Assembly: GCA_027001995.1 (NCBI GenBank)
Contig: JALTLO010000112.1
Span: 1-11,474 of the forward strand
Length of the DNA: 11,474 nucleotides
Direction of reading: 5' to 3'
From: Planctomycetota bacterium
GTDB taxonomy: Bacteria > Planctomycetota > GCA-002687715 > DRQF01
Shown here in pieces: positions 1 through 8,591 of the stretch (within the stretch, counting starts at the first letter, position 1; each line of letters begins with the position of its first letter). The position numbers and the translations under genes were made by a program. The notes below the pieces were generated by a model. It saw only the letters and a program-made list of their open reading frames with translations, was not told the DNA's origin and did no database searches.

Positions 1-2628
1 GAAGGCCATCGGGTTATGCCCTATTCCTGGGCGGCTGAGTCTCCTGTTTCGAACTTCGAAACCCGGATGGATAACAGCTATCGTTCGCGCCAAGACCCGG
101 CAATCACTGTTGCTTTCGATCTCAAAGGGACAGAGGCCATCAGTGATCTGCCTTTGCGGATTCTGGTTTGGACCACAACACCCTGGACTTTGCCCAGCAA
201 CTTGGCCGTCTGTGTCGGCGATGACATCGAATATGCCATCATGGAAGAAAATGGTGTCGGCTACGTTCTTGCCTCGGCGGCTCTTGCCAAGTACGAACCT
301 GAACTAGCTAGGGCAGTACAGGTTGGCAAGGTTCAAGGAAAAGACCTTGTTGGCAAGAGTTATGCCCCGATGTTCGATTACTTCGCTGAGCATGAAGTTG
401 CATCCCAGTCCTTTCGTGTTGTTTCCGGAGCATTCGTAGATACGGACGAGGGGACGGGGGTTGTTCACATGGCCCCTGGATTCGGTGAAGATGACCAAAT
501 TGTATGTAAGGAAAATGGCATCGGACTTGTTTGTCCAGTAGATGACCGAGGGTGTTTCACCGCTGAGGTGAAAGACTTCGAAGGTTTGCTTGTCTTTGAC
601 GCGAACAAACCAATCATTCGTCGGTTGAAGGACGAGGGGAAGTTAATTCGTCAGGAAACCTACGACCATAATTATCCTCATTGTTGGCGCACGGACGAGC
701 CCTTGATCTACAAGGCGCTTAGCTCCTGGTACGTCAAAGTGACGGATTTTCGCGATCGCATGGTTGAGCTCAACCAAGAGATCAACTGGATGCCGGATCA
801 CATCAAAGATGGACAGTTCGGCAAATGGTTGGAGGGCGCTCGGGATTGGTCGATTAGCCGCAATCGCTTTTGGGGGGCACCGCTTCCCGTGTGGAAAAGC
901 GACAATCCAGAATACCCTCGCATTGACGTCTACGGCAGCTTAGATGAGTTGGAGGCCGATTTTGGCGAGCGTCCAGCGAATTTGCATCGGCCATTCATTG
1001 ATCAACTCGTGCGACCGAATCCAGACGACCCAACGGGCAAAAGTATGATGCGTCGTGTGCCGGATGTTCTTGATTGCTGGTTTGAATCCGGTTCAATGCC
1101 TTATGCTCAAATCCACTACCCATTTGAGAACAAAGATTGGTTCGAGAATCATTTCCCATCAGACTTCATCGTTGAATATGTCGCTCAGACCCGTGGTTGG
1201 TTTTATACCATGATGGTCTTGTCGACGGCCCTTTTTGATCGTCCACCATTCAAGAATTGCATTTGCCATGGGGTGGTCGTTGATAGTGATGGTAAGAAGC
1301 TCTCGAAGCGTCTTCGTAACTATCCTGATCCTGAAAAAGTATTCGCCGAAATTGGCGCCGATGCTCTTCGATGGTTCTTGGTGTCATCTCCTATCCTCCG
1401 GGGTGGCGATTTGCAAATTGATAGAGAGGGCAAAGGCATTGGCGATGTGGTTCGTCTTGTCATCAACCCAATTTGGAATGCCTACTATTTCTTCAGCCTC
1501 TATGCCAATGCCGATGGCGTAAGAGCCACCAAGAGAATGGACCAAAAAGGGCGACTTGATCGTTACATTTTGGCGAAGACCGGCGAAATGGTTGCGGAAG
1601 TTGAGGGTGCCATGACGGCATACGACATTGCAGAAGCCTGCGCTGTCATTCGGCGATTCTTGGATGCTCTGAACAACTGGTACATCCGTCGCAGCCGCAG
1701 CCGTTTTTGGAGCGATGAAGCCTCTGCTGACAAGCAGGATGCCTACGACACTCTCTACACAGTCTTGACTACTTTATCCCAAGTCGCAGCTCCTTTTCTG
1801 CCGCTTATTGCTGAGGAAGTTTACTGCGGTTTGACCGGAGAGAAGAGTGTCCACCTCACCGACTGGCCTCAGGCAGATGACTACCCCCAAGACCCAGAAC
1901 TTGTGTCATCGATGGATCGTGTCAGAGAGATTTGCTCTGTTGGCTTGAGCATCAGAAGTCGGGTGCGATTGCGGACCAGGCTGCCTTTGTCACGTTTGGT
2001 GATCGCCGGTGAGGCGTCTGCGAAGTTAGAGCCTTTCTTGGACTTGGTGATGGAAGAAGTGAACGTGAAGACTGTGGAGGTTTCCGATGAGCTTGAGTCC
2101 ATGGGGAACGTTCGTCTTAACGTTGACGCCAGAACCATCGGTCCGAAATTGGGAAAGAACATGAAAGACGTCCTGGCGGCAACACGCTCCGGTGACTGGA
2201 ATTCCCTGGATGATGGGCGGGTTTCCGCTGCTGGTCACATTCTTAAAGTCGGAGAGTTCGAGTTGAAGCTGGAACCAAAGGAAGGGTTGGAGCAATTCGA
2301 AATCGAAGCTCTACCTTCCAATGACATGTTGGTGTGTTTGGATACCACCATGACCGAGGCTTTGGAAGCAGAGGGACTGGCGCGGGACTTGGTGCGGCTG
2401 GTTCAAATGATGCGCCGAGACGCAGATTTGGCGGTTTCCCAGAAAGTAAAGCTGACCTTGAAATTGGATGTCCAAAGCAAGGTCGCCATTGAAGAATGGC
2501 AATCCTATGTCCAAGACCAAGTCTTGGCCGTTGAGGTGGTCTTCTCGGATGCTTCCTCCTGTCAGTGGAAAGCGACCCATCCCCTTGGCAGCGGCGAAGT
2601 TGACTTAGGGATTGACCTTTCGGCCTAA
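1..2628 (+). CDS. ileS: Isoleucyl-tRNA synthetase, type 2 (IleRS2), 5'-truncated by the window edge
   Basis: Frame is open from base 1 (EGHRVMPYSW...), so the ATG at 16 is internal. Motifs: CP1 editing WTTTPWTLPSN and GTGVVHMAPGFGEDD; DWSISRNRFWG; DCWFESGSMPY; QTRGWFY; KMSKS-equivalent KLSKR (1297-1311); NWYIRRSRSRFW. The C-terminal GLARDLVRLVQ..R segment without a C-terminal zinc finger is typical of type 2. Stop TAA at 2626-2628. Confidence 0.97.
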   Translation, partial: EGHRVMPYSWAAESPVSNFETRMDNSYRSRQDPAITVAFDLKGTEAISDLPLRILVWTTTPWTLPSNLAVCVGDDIEYAIMEENGVGYVLASAALAKYEPELARAVQVGKVQGKDLVGKSYAPMFDYFAEHEVASQSFRVVSGAFVDTDEGTGVVHMAPGFGEDDQIVCKENGIGLVCPVDDRGCFTAEVKDFEGLLVFDANKPIIRRLKDEGKLIRQETYDHNYPHCWRTDEPLIYKALSSWYVKVTDFRDRMVELNQEINWMPDHIKDGQFGKWLEGARDWSISRNRFWGAPLPVWKSDNPEYPRIDVYGSLDELEADFGERPANLHRPFIDQLVRPNPDDPTGKSMMRRVPDVLDCWFESGSMPYAQIHYPFENKDWFENHFPSDFIVEYVAQTRGWFYTMMVLSTALFDRPPFKNCICHGVVVDSDGKKLSKRLRNYPDPEKVFAEIGADALRWFLVSSPILRGGDLQIDREGKGIGDVVRLVINPIWNAYYFFSLYANADGVRATKRMDQKGRLDRYILAKTGEMVAEVEGAMTAYDIAEACAVIRRFLDALNNWYIRRSRSRFWSDEASADKQDAYDTLYTVLTTLSQVAAPFLPLIAEEVYCGLTGEKSVHLTDWPQADDYPQDPELVSSMDRVREICSVGLSIRSRVRLRTRLPLSRLVIAGEASAKLEPFLDLVMEEVNVKTVEVSDELESMGNVRLNVDARTIGPKLGKNMKDVLAATRSGDWNSLDDGRVSAAGHILKVGEFELKLEPKEGLEQFEIEALPSNDMLVCLDTTMTEALEAEGLARDLVRLVQMMRRDADLAVSQKVKLTLKLDVQSKVAIEEWQSYVQDQVLAVEVVFSDASSCQWKATHPLGSGEVDLGIDLSA

Positions 2629-2696
2629 TTGAGCTGCAAATACGATTTTCCTCTATCTGTGTTGAGGAAACGTGCCCATACGTGTTTTGTTGTTCG

Positions 2697-2741
2697 GTGG
2701 AATCTGGGGATTCCCATGAATCGTCGGCTTCCACTTTGTTT
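2697..2741 (+). terminator. Putative intrinsic terminator after ileS
   Basis: Imperfect hairpin: GTGGAA (2697-2702) pairs with TTCCAC (2729-2734) and encloses GATTC-CCAT-GAATC; followed by TTTGTTT (2735-2741). Confidence 0.4.
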
Positions 2742-2764
2742 CCCTCCTATTCGTGGGATAAGCT
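2736..2764 (+). promoter_or_regulatory. Possible sigma70 promoter for folE2
   Basis: TTGTTT (2736-2741), N17, TAAGCT (2759-2764). Retains TTG and TA---T. The implied start near 2771 coincides with the 5' end of a long leader hairpin. Confidence 0.3.
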
Positions 2765-2771
2765 GTTCGAA

Positions 2772-2840
2772 GCAATGGCCATGGAGGCACCTCTTCTGGC
2801 ATCGATGCCAGTTACAAAGGGCCTCAGTCATTTGCAGGAG
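2772..2840 (+). promoter_or_regulatory. Structured 5' leader and RBS of folE2
   Basis: Nested pairings 2772-2779/2827-2835, 2784-2788/2821-2825 and 2790-2792/2818-2820, plus the perfect palindrome CTGGCATCGATGCCAG (2796-2811). SD AGGAG (2836-2840) follows immediately. Confidence 0.45.
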
Positions 2841-2851
2841 TTGAGATCAAG

Positions 2852-3661
2852 ATGAGTGAAAATCAACCGAGCTACTCCCCTGGTAAGAGGGCTCTGGACG
2901 ACGTGCAGGGTGAGGCTGACCTACGAAAAATTGCGATCGATAAGGTTGGCATCAAGGATATTTTGCACCCGGTGCGCGTGGCGAACCGCAGTGGTGGCTC
3001 CCAAAATACCGTGGCAAATTTCCATATGTTCGTTGGCCTGCCTCACAACTTCAAGGGCACTCATATGTCCCGGTTTGTTGAGGTCTTGAACGCCCACGAA
3101 TTTTCCATCACGGTCGGATCTTTTCAAACAATGACTCGGGAGATGGTTGAGAAGCTCGACGCTGAGAATGGTCATATTGAAATGTCCTTTCCTTTCTTTC
3201 GTGAGAAAGAGGCCCCCGTAAGTGGGGTGAAGAGCTTAATTGACTATCAAGTGACTCTCATCGGCAAGATTGAGGATGGGGTCGAAACCCAATTGCTGCG
3301 GATCCTGGTTCCCGTCACCACTCTTTGTCCTTGCTCCAAAAAGATCTCAGAACGAGGTGCCCACAACCAAAGGGGGCATGTGACAGTTACCGTGAGGGCA
3401 ACTGAGTTCGTGTGGATGGAAGAGTTGATTGAAATGGTCGAAGGTCAAGCATCTTGCGATCTCTACGGCGTCCTGAAACGACCGGATGAGAAGTTCGTCA
3501 CGGAAAAGGCATACGACAATCCCAAGTTCGTTGAAGACTTGGTACGGGACGTCGCTGCGCGTTTGGCCTCTGATCCCCGTGTTGATGGATATTCCGTCGA
3601 AGTCGAAAATTTTGAGTCCATTCACAATCATTCGGCTTATGCCTACGTGGAACGCTTTTGA
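2852..3661 (+). CDS. folE2: GTP cyclohydrolase IB (FolE2)
   Basis: 269 aa with FolE2 signatures DVQ...[43 protein letters not shown] and ESIHNH. SD AGGAG upstream. Confidence 0.97.
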   Translation: MSENQPSYSPGKRALDDVQGEADLRKIAIDKVGIKDILHPVRVANRSGGSQNTVANFHMFVGLPHNFKGTHMSRFVEVLNAHEFSITVGSFQTMTREMVEKLDAENGHIEMSFPFFREKEAPVSGVKSLIDYQVTLIGKIEDGVETQLLRILVPVTTLCPCSKKISERGAHNQRGHVTVTVRATEFVWMEELIEMVEGQASCDLYGVLKRPDEKFVTEKAYDNPKFVEDLVRDVAARLASDPRVDGYSVEVENFESIHNHSAYAYVERF

Positions 3662-3700
3662 TAAGCTGACTAGGGCTCAAATCGGGAAGATCTCTTGGTG

Positions 3701-4555
3701 ATGATCAACGAATCCATGAAACCTGGATGGCTTGAATTCAGCAAAGGGTTGGTCTTTTCTTCTGAGTTGGAGCTTCAATCACAAGAGGCCACCAATGAGG
3801 TGAGAGCTTTTCACGATCAAGAAGGCATGGGTTTCGTCCTGAAAGGATATCGATCCCATAGAGCTCACTCTCGAGAAAAGTACGCTTTGCAGGCCTGGGC
3901 CCCTCAACTGGATTGCGCTTGTCCGCAGGTGGTTGGGGACTTTCCTCTCGATGGACCCGCTCTCTTGTTGACTCGCCTCTCTGGCCGGCAGGCATCTCAA
4001 GGGGTTTCACACCCCTGGCTCTTGGCAAGAGAAGCAGGAAGAGCCTTGCGGCAACTTCATGATCTGAAGGTTGAAGATGTGGACCGTCTTGATCCACGGG
4101 ACGCGGTTTCCCAGCGTTTTCATGATGCCATAAGAAGAGCTGCAAACTGGCTTAGCTCTGGCGAAAGGCGTTTTGTTCACAAGATCGAAAAGGGACTTTC
4201 TCAGCTACCACTTCGACAACGGGTTGTTTGTCATGGTGACTATGTGCATCGCAATTGGCTTTGGTGCGACGATAGGGATGAGCTCGGAATCCTTGACTTC
4301 GAGAATAGCCGTCTGGACCTTGCTGAATTCGATTTCCTGAAGCTTCACATGGAGTCTTGGGGTCATGAAGCAGACTCGAAGGCGGCCTTTCTTAACGGCT
4401 ATGGTGTCCAGTGGACGACCGACAACCAAGTTTGGGTCGAAACCCTCGAAGTTCTTTATCGCTTAGGAACCGCCAATTGGATGAGACAAGCTGGCAGTGC
4501 GTCAGAGGAAAAGAAAGCCAGGGCTGCGTTTGCGGCATTGGCTCGGGGGAGGTGA
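3701..4555 (+). CDS. Aminoglycoside phosphotransferase / choline kinase-like family protein
   Basis: Brenner motif CHGDYVHRN, metal-binding GILDFE and N-lobe FVLK...E. Start is ambiguous among TTG 3695, GTG 3698 and ATG 3701; GGGAAG at 3684-3689. Confidence 0.85.
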   Translation: MINESMKPGWLEFSKGLVFSSELELQSQEATNEVRAFHDQEGMGFVLKGYRSHRAHSREKYALQAWAPQLDCACPQVVGDFPLDGPALLLTRLSGRQASQGVSHPWLLAREAGRALRQLHDLKVEDVDRLDPRDAVSQRFHDAIRRAANWLSSGERRFVHKIEKGLSQLPLRQRVVCHGDYVHRNWLWCDDRDELGILDFENSRLDLAEFDFLKLHMESWGHEADSKAAFLNGYGVQWTTDNQVWVETLEVLYRLGTANWMRQAGSASEEKKARAAFAALARGR

Positions 4556-4561
4556 TATCTC

Positions 4562-5170
4562 ATGAGCCTTCGATTGAGTCATATCTATGAGAGTCTCCCT
4601 GATGGTTCTGATGCCGGCGAACAGGATCGGGCCATCGTTGATTCTCTGGGGGGAAAAGGGGCTGCAACCTATGGGGAAATCTCACTGCCGGCAGGGACTT
4701 CTCTACTGAATTGGCTGAAACTGACCCCGGAGGATTGTTTCGTCGATTGTGGAAGCGGCGTCGGAAAGTTTGTCTTGCAATGTGCTCTCGAAACCCAAGT
4801 GGGCTCTGCCTTGGGTATTGAACTTTCGCCTTTTCGCCATGAAGTGGCGGTTCAAGCCCGTAATATGTTGATGGATTCCGCCGCTTGTCCGGGGCGCGTG
4901 GCCTCGACCACCTTTATTTGTGGTGATTTTCGCGGGCACATGCCCCCCAGCGCATCGGTCGTTTATGCCGGTTCCCTCTGTTTTTCTCCAACTCTGATGT
5001 CGTCCTTAGCCCAAGTTTGTTTGGCGTCTCCATCCTTTCGTCTTCTCTGTACCTTGAAGGAATTACCTTCTTCTTGGGTTGGGCGGTTCTCCGAATTAGG
5101 AGCCATGGACCTGGAAATGACGTGGAGTCAAAATAACAGGCTCTTCATTTATGGTCGAAAGGGAAGTTGA
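4562..5170 (+). CDS. DOT1-like class I SAM-dependent methyltransferase
   Basis: TYGEI, motif I FVDCGSGVGK, VLQCALE, GIELS..RH, GDF and C-terminal MTWS match the DOT1 pattern (YGE; DLGSGVG; G-E; SW). Strong SD GGAGGTGA (4548-4555) overlaps the upstream stop codon. Confidence 0.8.
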   Translation: MSLRLSHIYESLPDGSDAGEQDRAIVDSLGGKGAATYGEISLPAGTSLLNWLKLTPEDCFVDCGSGVGKFVLQCALETQVGSALGIELSPFRHEVAVQARNMLMDSAACPGRVASTTFICGDFRGHMPPSASVVYAGSLCFSPTLMSSLAQVCLASPSFRLLCTLKELPSSWVGRFSELGAMDLEMTWSQNNRLFIYGRKGS

Positions 5171-5284
5171 AGGTTAGTTTATAGTGACCTGCCTGAGACT
5201 GTGGATTCCTTCCATTAGTCCCAAGGTCATGGACGAAATGAACTGTGAGCTTCGTCAGGAATTATTGGAAGGTATGAGAGTATC

Positions 5285-6322
5285 ATGAACATGAACAAGT
5301 TTCTTAGTATTGCAATCGCATGTTGCTTGGTGGTGGGTTGCGGTGGCCAAGGTTCCGAGGTTTCATCGTCTGATGGGACCAAAGGTGTCAGCGCTCAGGT
5401 TGTTGCCAAGGGCCTCATGAATCCTTCTTGCGTGAGTTTTTCCCCCAAGGGCGAACTGACCATCTGTGACAGTGGAAATGGTCGCGTTGTTGTCCAAAGA
5501 GATGGCAAGTTGGTCGACTATGTGACTGGTTTTGACACGGAGTACTGGAAGGTCGACAAGAAGTCCGGCAAGAAACGCTTCAAGTTAGGCCCCCTGTCAG
5601 CCGTATGGGTTGGAGAGACTTTGGTTGTCAGCGACGGTGGCAAAAAGGACGGCCAAGAGACACTTTTGTTCTTTTCCAAGGGTGGCGACGCCAGCAGCGG
5701 CACTGCCAGCAATACAATGGTCCCTGAGGGGGTGGCAGCAGCAAAGGGAGAGGGTAATCTCACCGGCATCGCTGTGACCGCAGACAAGAAATCACTCTTT
5801 CTTTGCGGGCAGGGCGCTGACGATCACAGTTGGTTGCTCAAATGCGATGTAGCCAGCAAGAAGCTGAGTACTTTTGCGTCTGCGGACATGAATGGAATCA
5901 CGACCAACTCGCCGATGCAGGTTTTGGATTGGGATGCCCATAGCATTCTGGCTCTTTACTCCGGTAAAGGTGGGGCAGATGATGGTCTCATTGTGAAGTG
6001 GGACAAAACGACGGCCAAACCTCTTGGGCAATGGCTACTGAAGGGGCTAACTGATCCCATGGGCATGGCTCGGTGCCCAGGTTCCGATGATTTGATGGTT
6101 GTTGACAACAACTGGGCTCTTACCAAAGTGAAACAAGGGCGCTTGGCTCAAGTCTCTTTGGGAGCCAATGGTAAAGCCACCGTGAAAATCCTGGATGTTT
6201 CTCTGATGGGGCCAGTGAGTTGCGTCTTTGGTCCTCAAGGCGATTTATTCATTGCCCAATTGGGAACAGAGTTCGATAGCACAAAAGGTGAAGTGCTTCG
6301 GGTATCCGGTCTGAATAGGTGA
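5285..6322 (+). CDS. Lipoprotein with probable beta-propeller (NHL/SMP-30/ScyD-E-like) fold
   Basis: Signal peptide with lipobox VVG-C (Cys19) and a Gly/Ser linker. Repeated blade-like motifs GLMNPSCVSFSPKGELTICD, GLTDPMGMA and LMGPVSCVFGPQGDLFIAQ. Alternative ATG at 5291. Confidence 0.75.
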   Translation: MNMNKFLSIAIACCLVVGCGGQGSEVSSSDGTKGVSAQVVAKGLMNPSCVSFSPKGELTICDSGNGRVVVQRDGKLVDYVTGFDTEYWKVDKKSGKKRFKLGPLSAVWVGETLVVSDGGKKDGQETLLFFSKGGDASSGTASNTMVPEGVAAAKGEGNLTGIAVTADKKSLFLCGQGADDHSWLLKCDVASKKLSTFASADMNGITTNSPMQVLDWDAHSILALYSGKGGADDGLIVKWDKTTAKPLGQWLLKGLTDPMGMARCPGSDDLMVVDNNWALTKVKQGRLAQVSLGANGKATVKILDVSLMGPVSCVFGPQGDLFIAQLGTEFDSTKGEVLRVSGLNR

Positions 6323-6340
6323 GCTTTCGACAAACCATAG

Positions 6341-6392
6341 GAAAACCCTCCGCCTGTTGATGAATTCGAGATCAGGCGGAGGGCTTATTGTT
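6341..6392. terminator. Bidirectional intrinsic terminator between convergent genes
   Basis: Perfect 11-bp stem CCCTCCGCCTG (6346-6356) / CAGGCGGAGGG (6373-6383). AAAA on the left (U-tract on the - strand) and TTATTGTT on the right. Confidence 0.8.
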
Positions 6393-6422
6393 AGCAGTAA
6401 ACAACTTAATCCTTCGAGAGGA

Positions 6423-8591
6423 TCAGTTGTTGATCAATTCATTGGTTACGCGCTTGCAACCCATGAGCTTTTCTGTGATCCAAAGAACGTAACGGATGTC
6501 GACCCCAATCGATCGAGAATAGTCGGATGACCATTGGTAATCGTTGATTGTGGCTTCATAAGCACGGTCAAAGTTCAGCCCGATGAGTTCGCCGTAGGCA
6601 TTCATGACTGGAGAGCCAGAGTTGCCTCCAGTTGTGTCACAGTCATAGAGGATCCCGACTGGGACGTCGTTTAGGTCCTTGTCCATGTACTTGCCGAACT
6701 TCTTGTTGCGCCAAAGGTCGATGAGTTTCTGTGGAGCGTCATAGGGTTCTTCTCCAGTGGCTTTTGCCACCATTCCGCTTAAGGTTGTCAATGGCTGGTA
6801 AATGACACCATCTTTGGGCTCGTAAGAACGGATGCGCCCGTAAGTCATCCGCAAGGTGAAGTTGGCGTCGGGGCAAAACTCCGTGGTTTTCCAGTTCTCC
6901 TTGGCGTCCACATAAATGGGCATCAATGCGTCTAGTTTACCTTTGAGGGTGGTTAAGATTCCACGGGAGGCTGCTATGGGTCCCTGAAGGATGTTGATGA
7001 GGTCAAGGACGTCATCATGGGATTCCGTCTTGCTGTGGAAGAGATTGGCGCGGAATGCTTTGTCCTTGAGTTTGCTAGCCATGGAGATCTTCTGAGCCAG
7101 GGTACCGTGGTCTGTACTTCCATACGAGTCGATCATGCTCTTTCGCCAAGATCTTAGGTCGTCGAGGCCGAGGAAACTGGCACCGTCTAAAGCCAGCTTG
7201 ATGGCACCGGTGAGTTCAGCATTGAGCATGGCAGGCAGTTGATTGGACTCTGCATTCGCGGTGCGTTGCAAAGCTCTCTTGATACGTCCTTGCTGGAATT
7301 TCTTTGGACGTTGGGAGTCTTCCTGGGAGAGAAATTCTCGGGCCTCCAATGCTTTCGTGGCCAAGGACCAGTAGGGAGTTTGGCCGAAGCGGTGGGCTAT
7401 GTATCTCAAGTGAGTGGGAGCGCCCATCTGTTCGAAGATGGCGTTGATTTCTTCGATGACTCTTCCGTATTTCTTCAGACGTTCTGGGGTAGCTTGAATC
7501 CACATGCCTAATTCGGCCTCTTCTGCTGCCTTCTTGGCCACCAACTTGAGACGGGACAAACCCAAGAGTTTGCCCCGGTAGTTCTTCATCGTGTTGGCCA
7601 AACCTTTGATCTGGGGCCCTAATTTGAGGCGCAAGGCCCGATCATTCTTGGACGCTTCTTCCATGATGCGAATTCGCTGTTCAAACAAATCGGCGACGAA
7701 TGGCATCTTGACGTGCTCATCAAAGGCGACAAAGGCGGAAGATTGGTGGCGGAAGGTGCGGCCGGGATAACCCAAGAGGAATACCGCGTCACCTGGTGAA
7801 ACCCCCGCAGCGTTGATCTTGAGGAAGCGTCGAGGGGTGAAGGGGATGTTCTTTTTCGAATAGGGAGCCGGTTTACCGTCTGGGCCCACATAGGCTCTGA
7901 GGAAGGCGAAATCCCCTGTGTGACGGGGCCAAATCCAGTTGTCGGTTTCACCACCGTACTCACCAACAGAGCGGGGTGGAACGACGACCATGCGTACGTC
8001 TTGGATCAATTCGTATTGGAATAGGACGTAGTTCTTTCCTTGGAACATCTCCGCTACTTCGGCGTCTAATTCGGGTTGAGCCTTCTTGGCTGCAGCGGTC
8101 AAGCTGCGACGTTTTGCCATGATAGCCTTGGCTCGTTCTATGGGAGACATAGACGCTTTCACCGCCGAGAGAACTTCTGTGGAGACGTCTTTGTAGCCAA
8201 CAGTGATACGGGCGTTGTAGCCTTGGGCGATGACTTCATCGGCCATGGTTGCAGCGACGAAACCGTCATGAAGGTAGTCTTGCTCGGGTGTACTTGCTTT
8301 GCTCACTGCGTCGAAGGCCACATGATGGTTTGTCAATATGAGACCGTTGTTGGATACGAAAGAGCCGGTGGCACCTCCTACGCGGCAAATGGCATCGACT
8401 AAGCTTGGTTTCTTATCATTGTAGATCTCGCTGGCGGGTATCTTGATCCCTGCCTTTGCTAGGTCAAGTTTGTGGACCATGCTGAGAGGCCATTGGCCTT
8501 CATCTGCGAAGGACCAAGAGAAGGCCCCCATGAGAACGGTCAAAAGGGCCGTCAGGCGTATGACACCCCTGAGAGTTGTTTTTTGATTCAT
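6423..8591 (-). CDS. S46 family dipeptidyl peptidase (DPP11-like), secreted/periplasmic
   Basis: Signal peptide ending SFA-DEGQW (family DEGMW), GSFVS.NGLILTNHH (His), NWIWPRHTGDF (Asp), DANFTLRMTYG and TGGNSGSP (Ser). Start placed at ATG 8591 (MNQK...) rather than 8678 because that gives a canonical signal peptide. Confidence 0.93.
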   Translation of the reverse strand: MNQKTTLRGVIRLTALLTVLMGAFSWSFADEGQWPLSMVHKLDLAKAGIKIPASEIYNDKKPSLVDAICRVGGATGSFVSNNGLILTNHHVAFDAVSKASTPEQDYLHDGFVAATMADEVIAQGYNARITVGYKDVSTEVLSAVKASMSPIERAKAIMAKRRSLTAAAKKAQPELDAEVAEMFQGKNYVLFQYELIQDVRMVVVPPRSVGEYGGETDNWIWPRHTGDFAFLRAYVGPDGKPAPYSKKNIPFTPRRFLKINAAGVSPGDAVFLLGYPGRTFRHQSSAFVAFDEHVKMPFVADLFEQRIRIMEEASKNDRALRLKLGPQIKGLANTMKNYRGKLLGLSRLKLVAKKAAEEAELGMWIQATPERLKKYGRVIEEINAIFEQMGAPTHLRYIAHRFGQTPYWSLATKALEAREFLSQEDSQRPKKFQQGRIKRALQRTANAESNQLPAMLNAELTGAIKLALDGASFLGLDDLRSWRKSMIDSYGSTDHGTLAQKISMASKLKDKAFRANLFHSKTESHDDVLDLINILQGPIAASRGILTTLKGKLDALMPIYVDAKENWKTTEFCPDANFTLRMTYGRIRSYEPKDGVIYQPLTTLSGMVAKATGEEPYDAPQKLIDLWRNKKFGKYMDKDLNDVPVGILYDCDTTGGNSGSPVMNAYGELIGLNFDRAYEATINDYQWSSDYSRSIGVDIRYVLWITEKLMGCKRVTNELINN

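Noticed and set aside
2628..2648. Zur-box-like TACGATTT upstream of folE2
   Set aside because: Only the right half matches the Bacillus-type consensus; no palindrome.
2785..2800. Sigma54-like AGGCAC...TGGC
   Set aside because: GG-to-GC spacing is 11 nt rather than the required 10.
2629..2844. 71-aa (+) and 68-aa (-) ORFs between ileS and folE2
   Set aside because: No RBS and atypical composition; the region is better explained as terminator, promoter and leader.
3701..4555. Calling the APH-family gene an antibiotic-resistance gene
   Set aside because: Only superfamily motifs are visible; housekeeping context and no mobile element.
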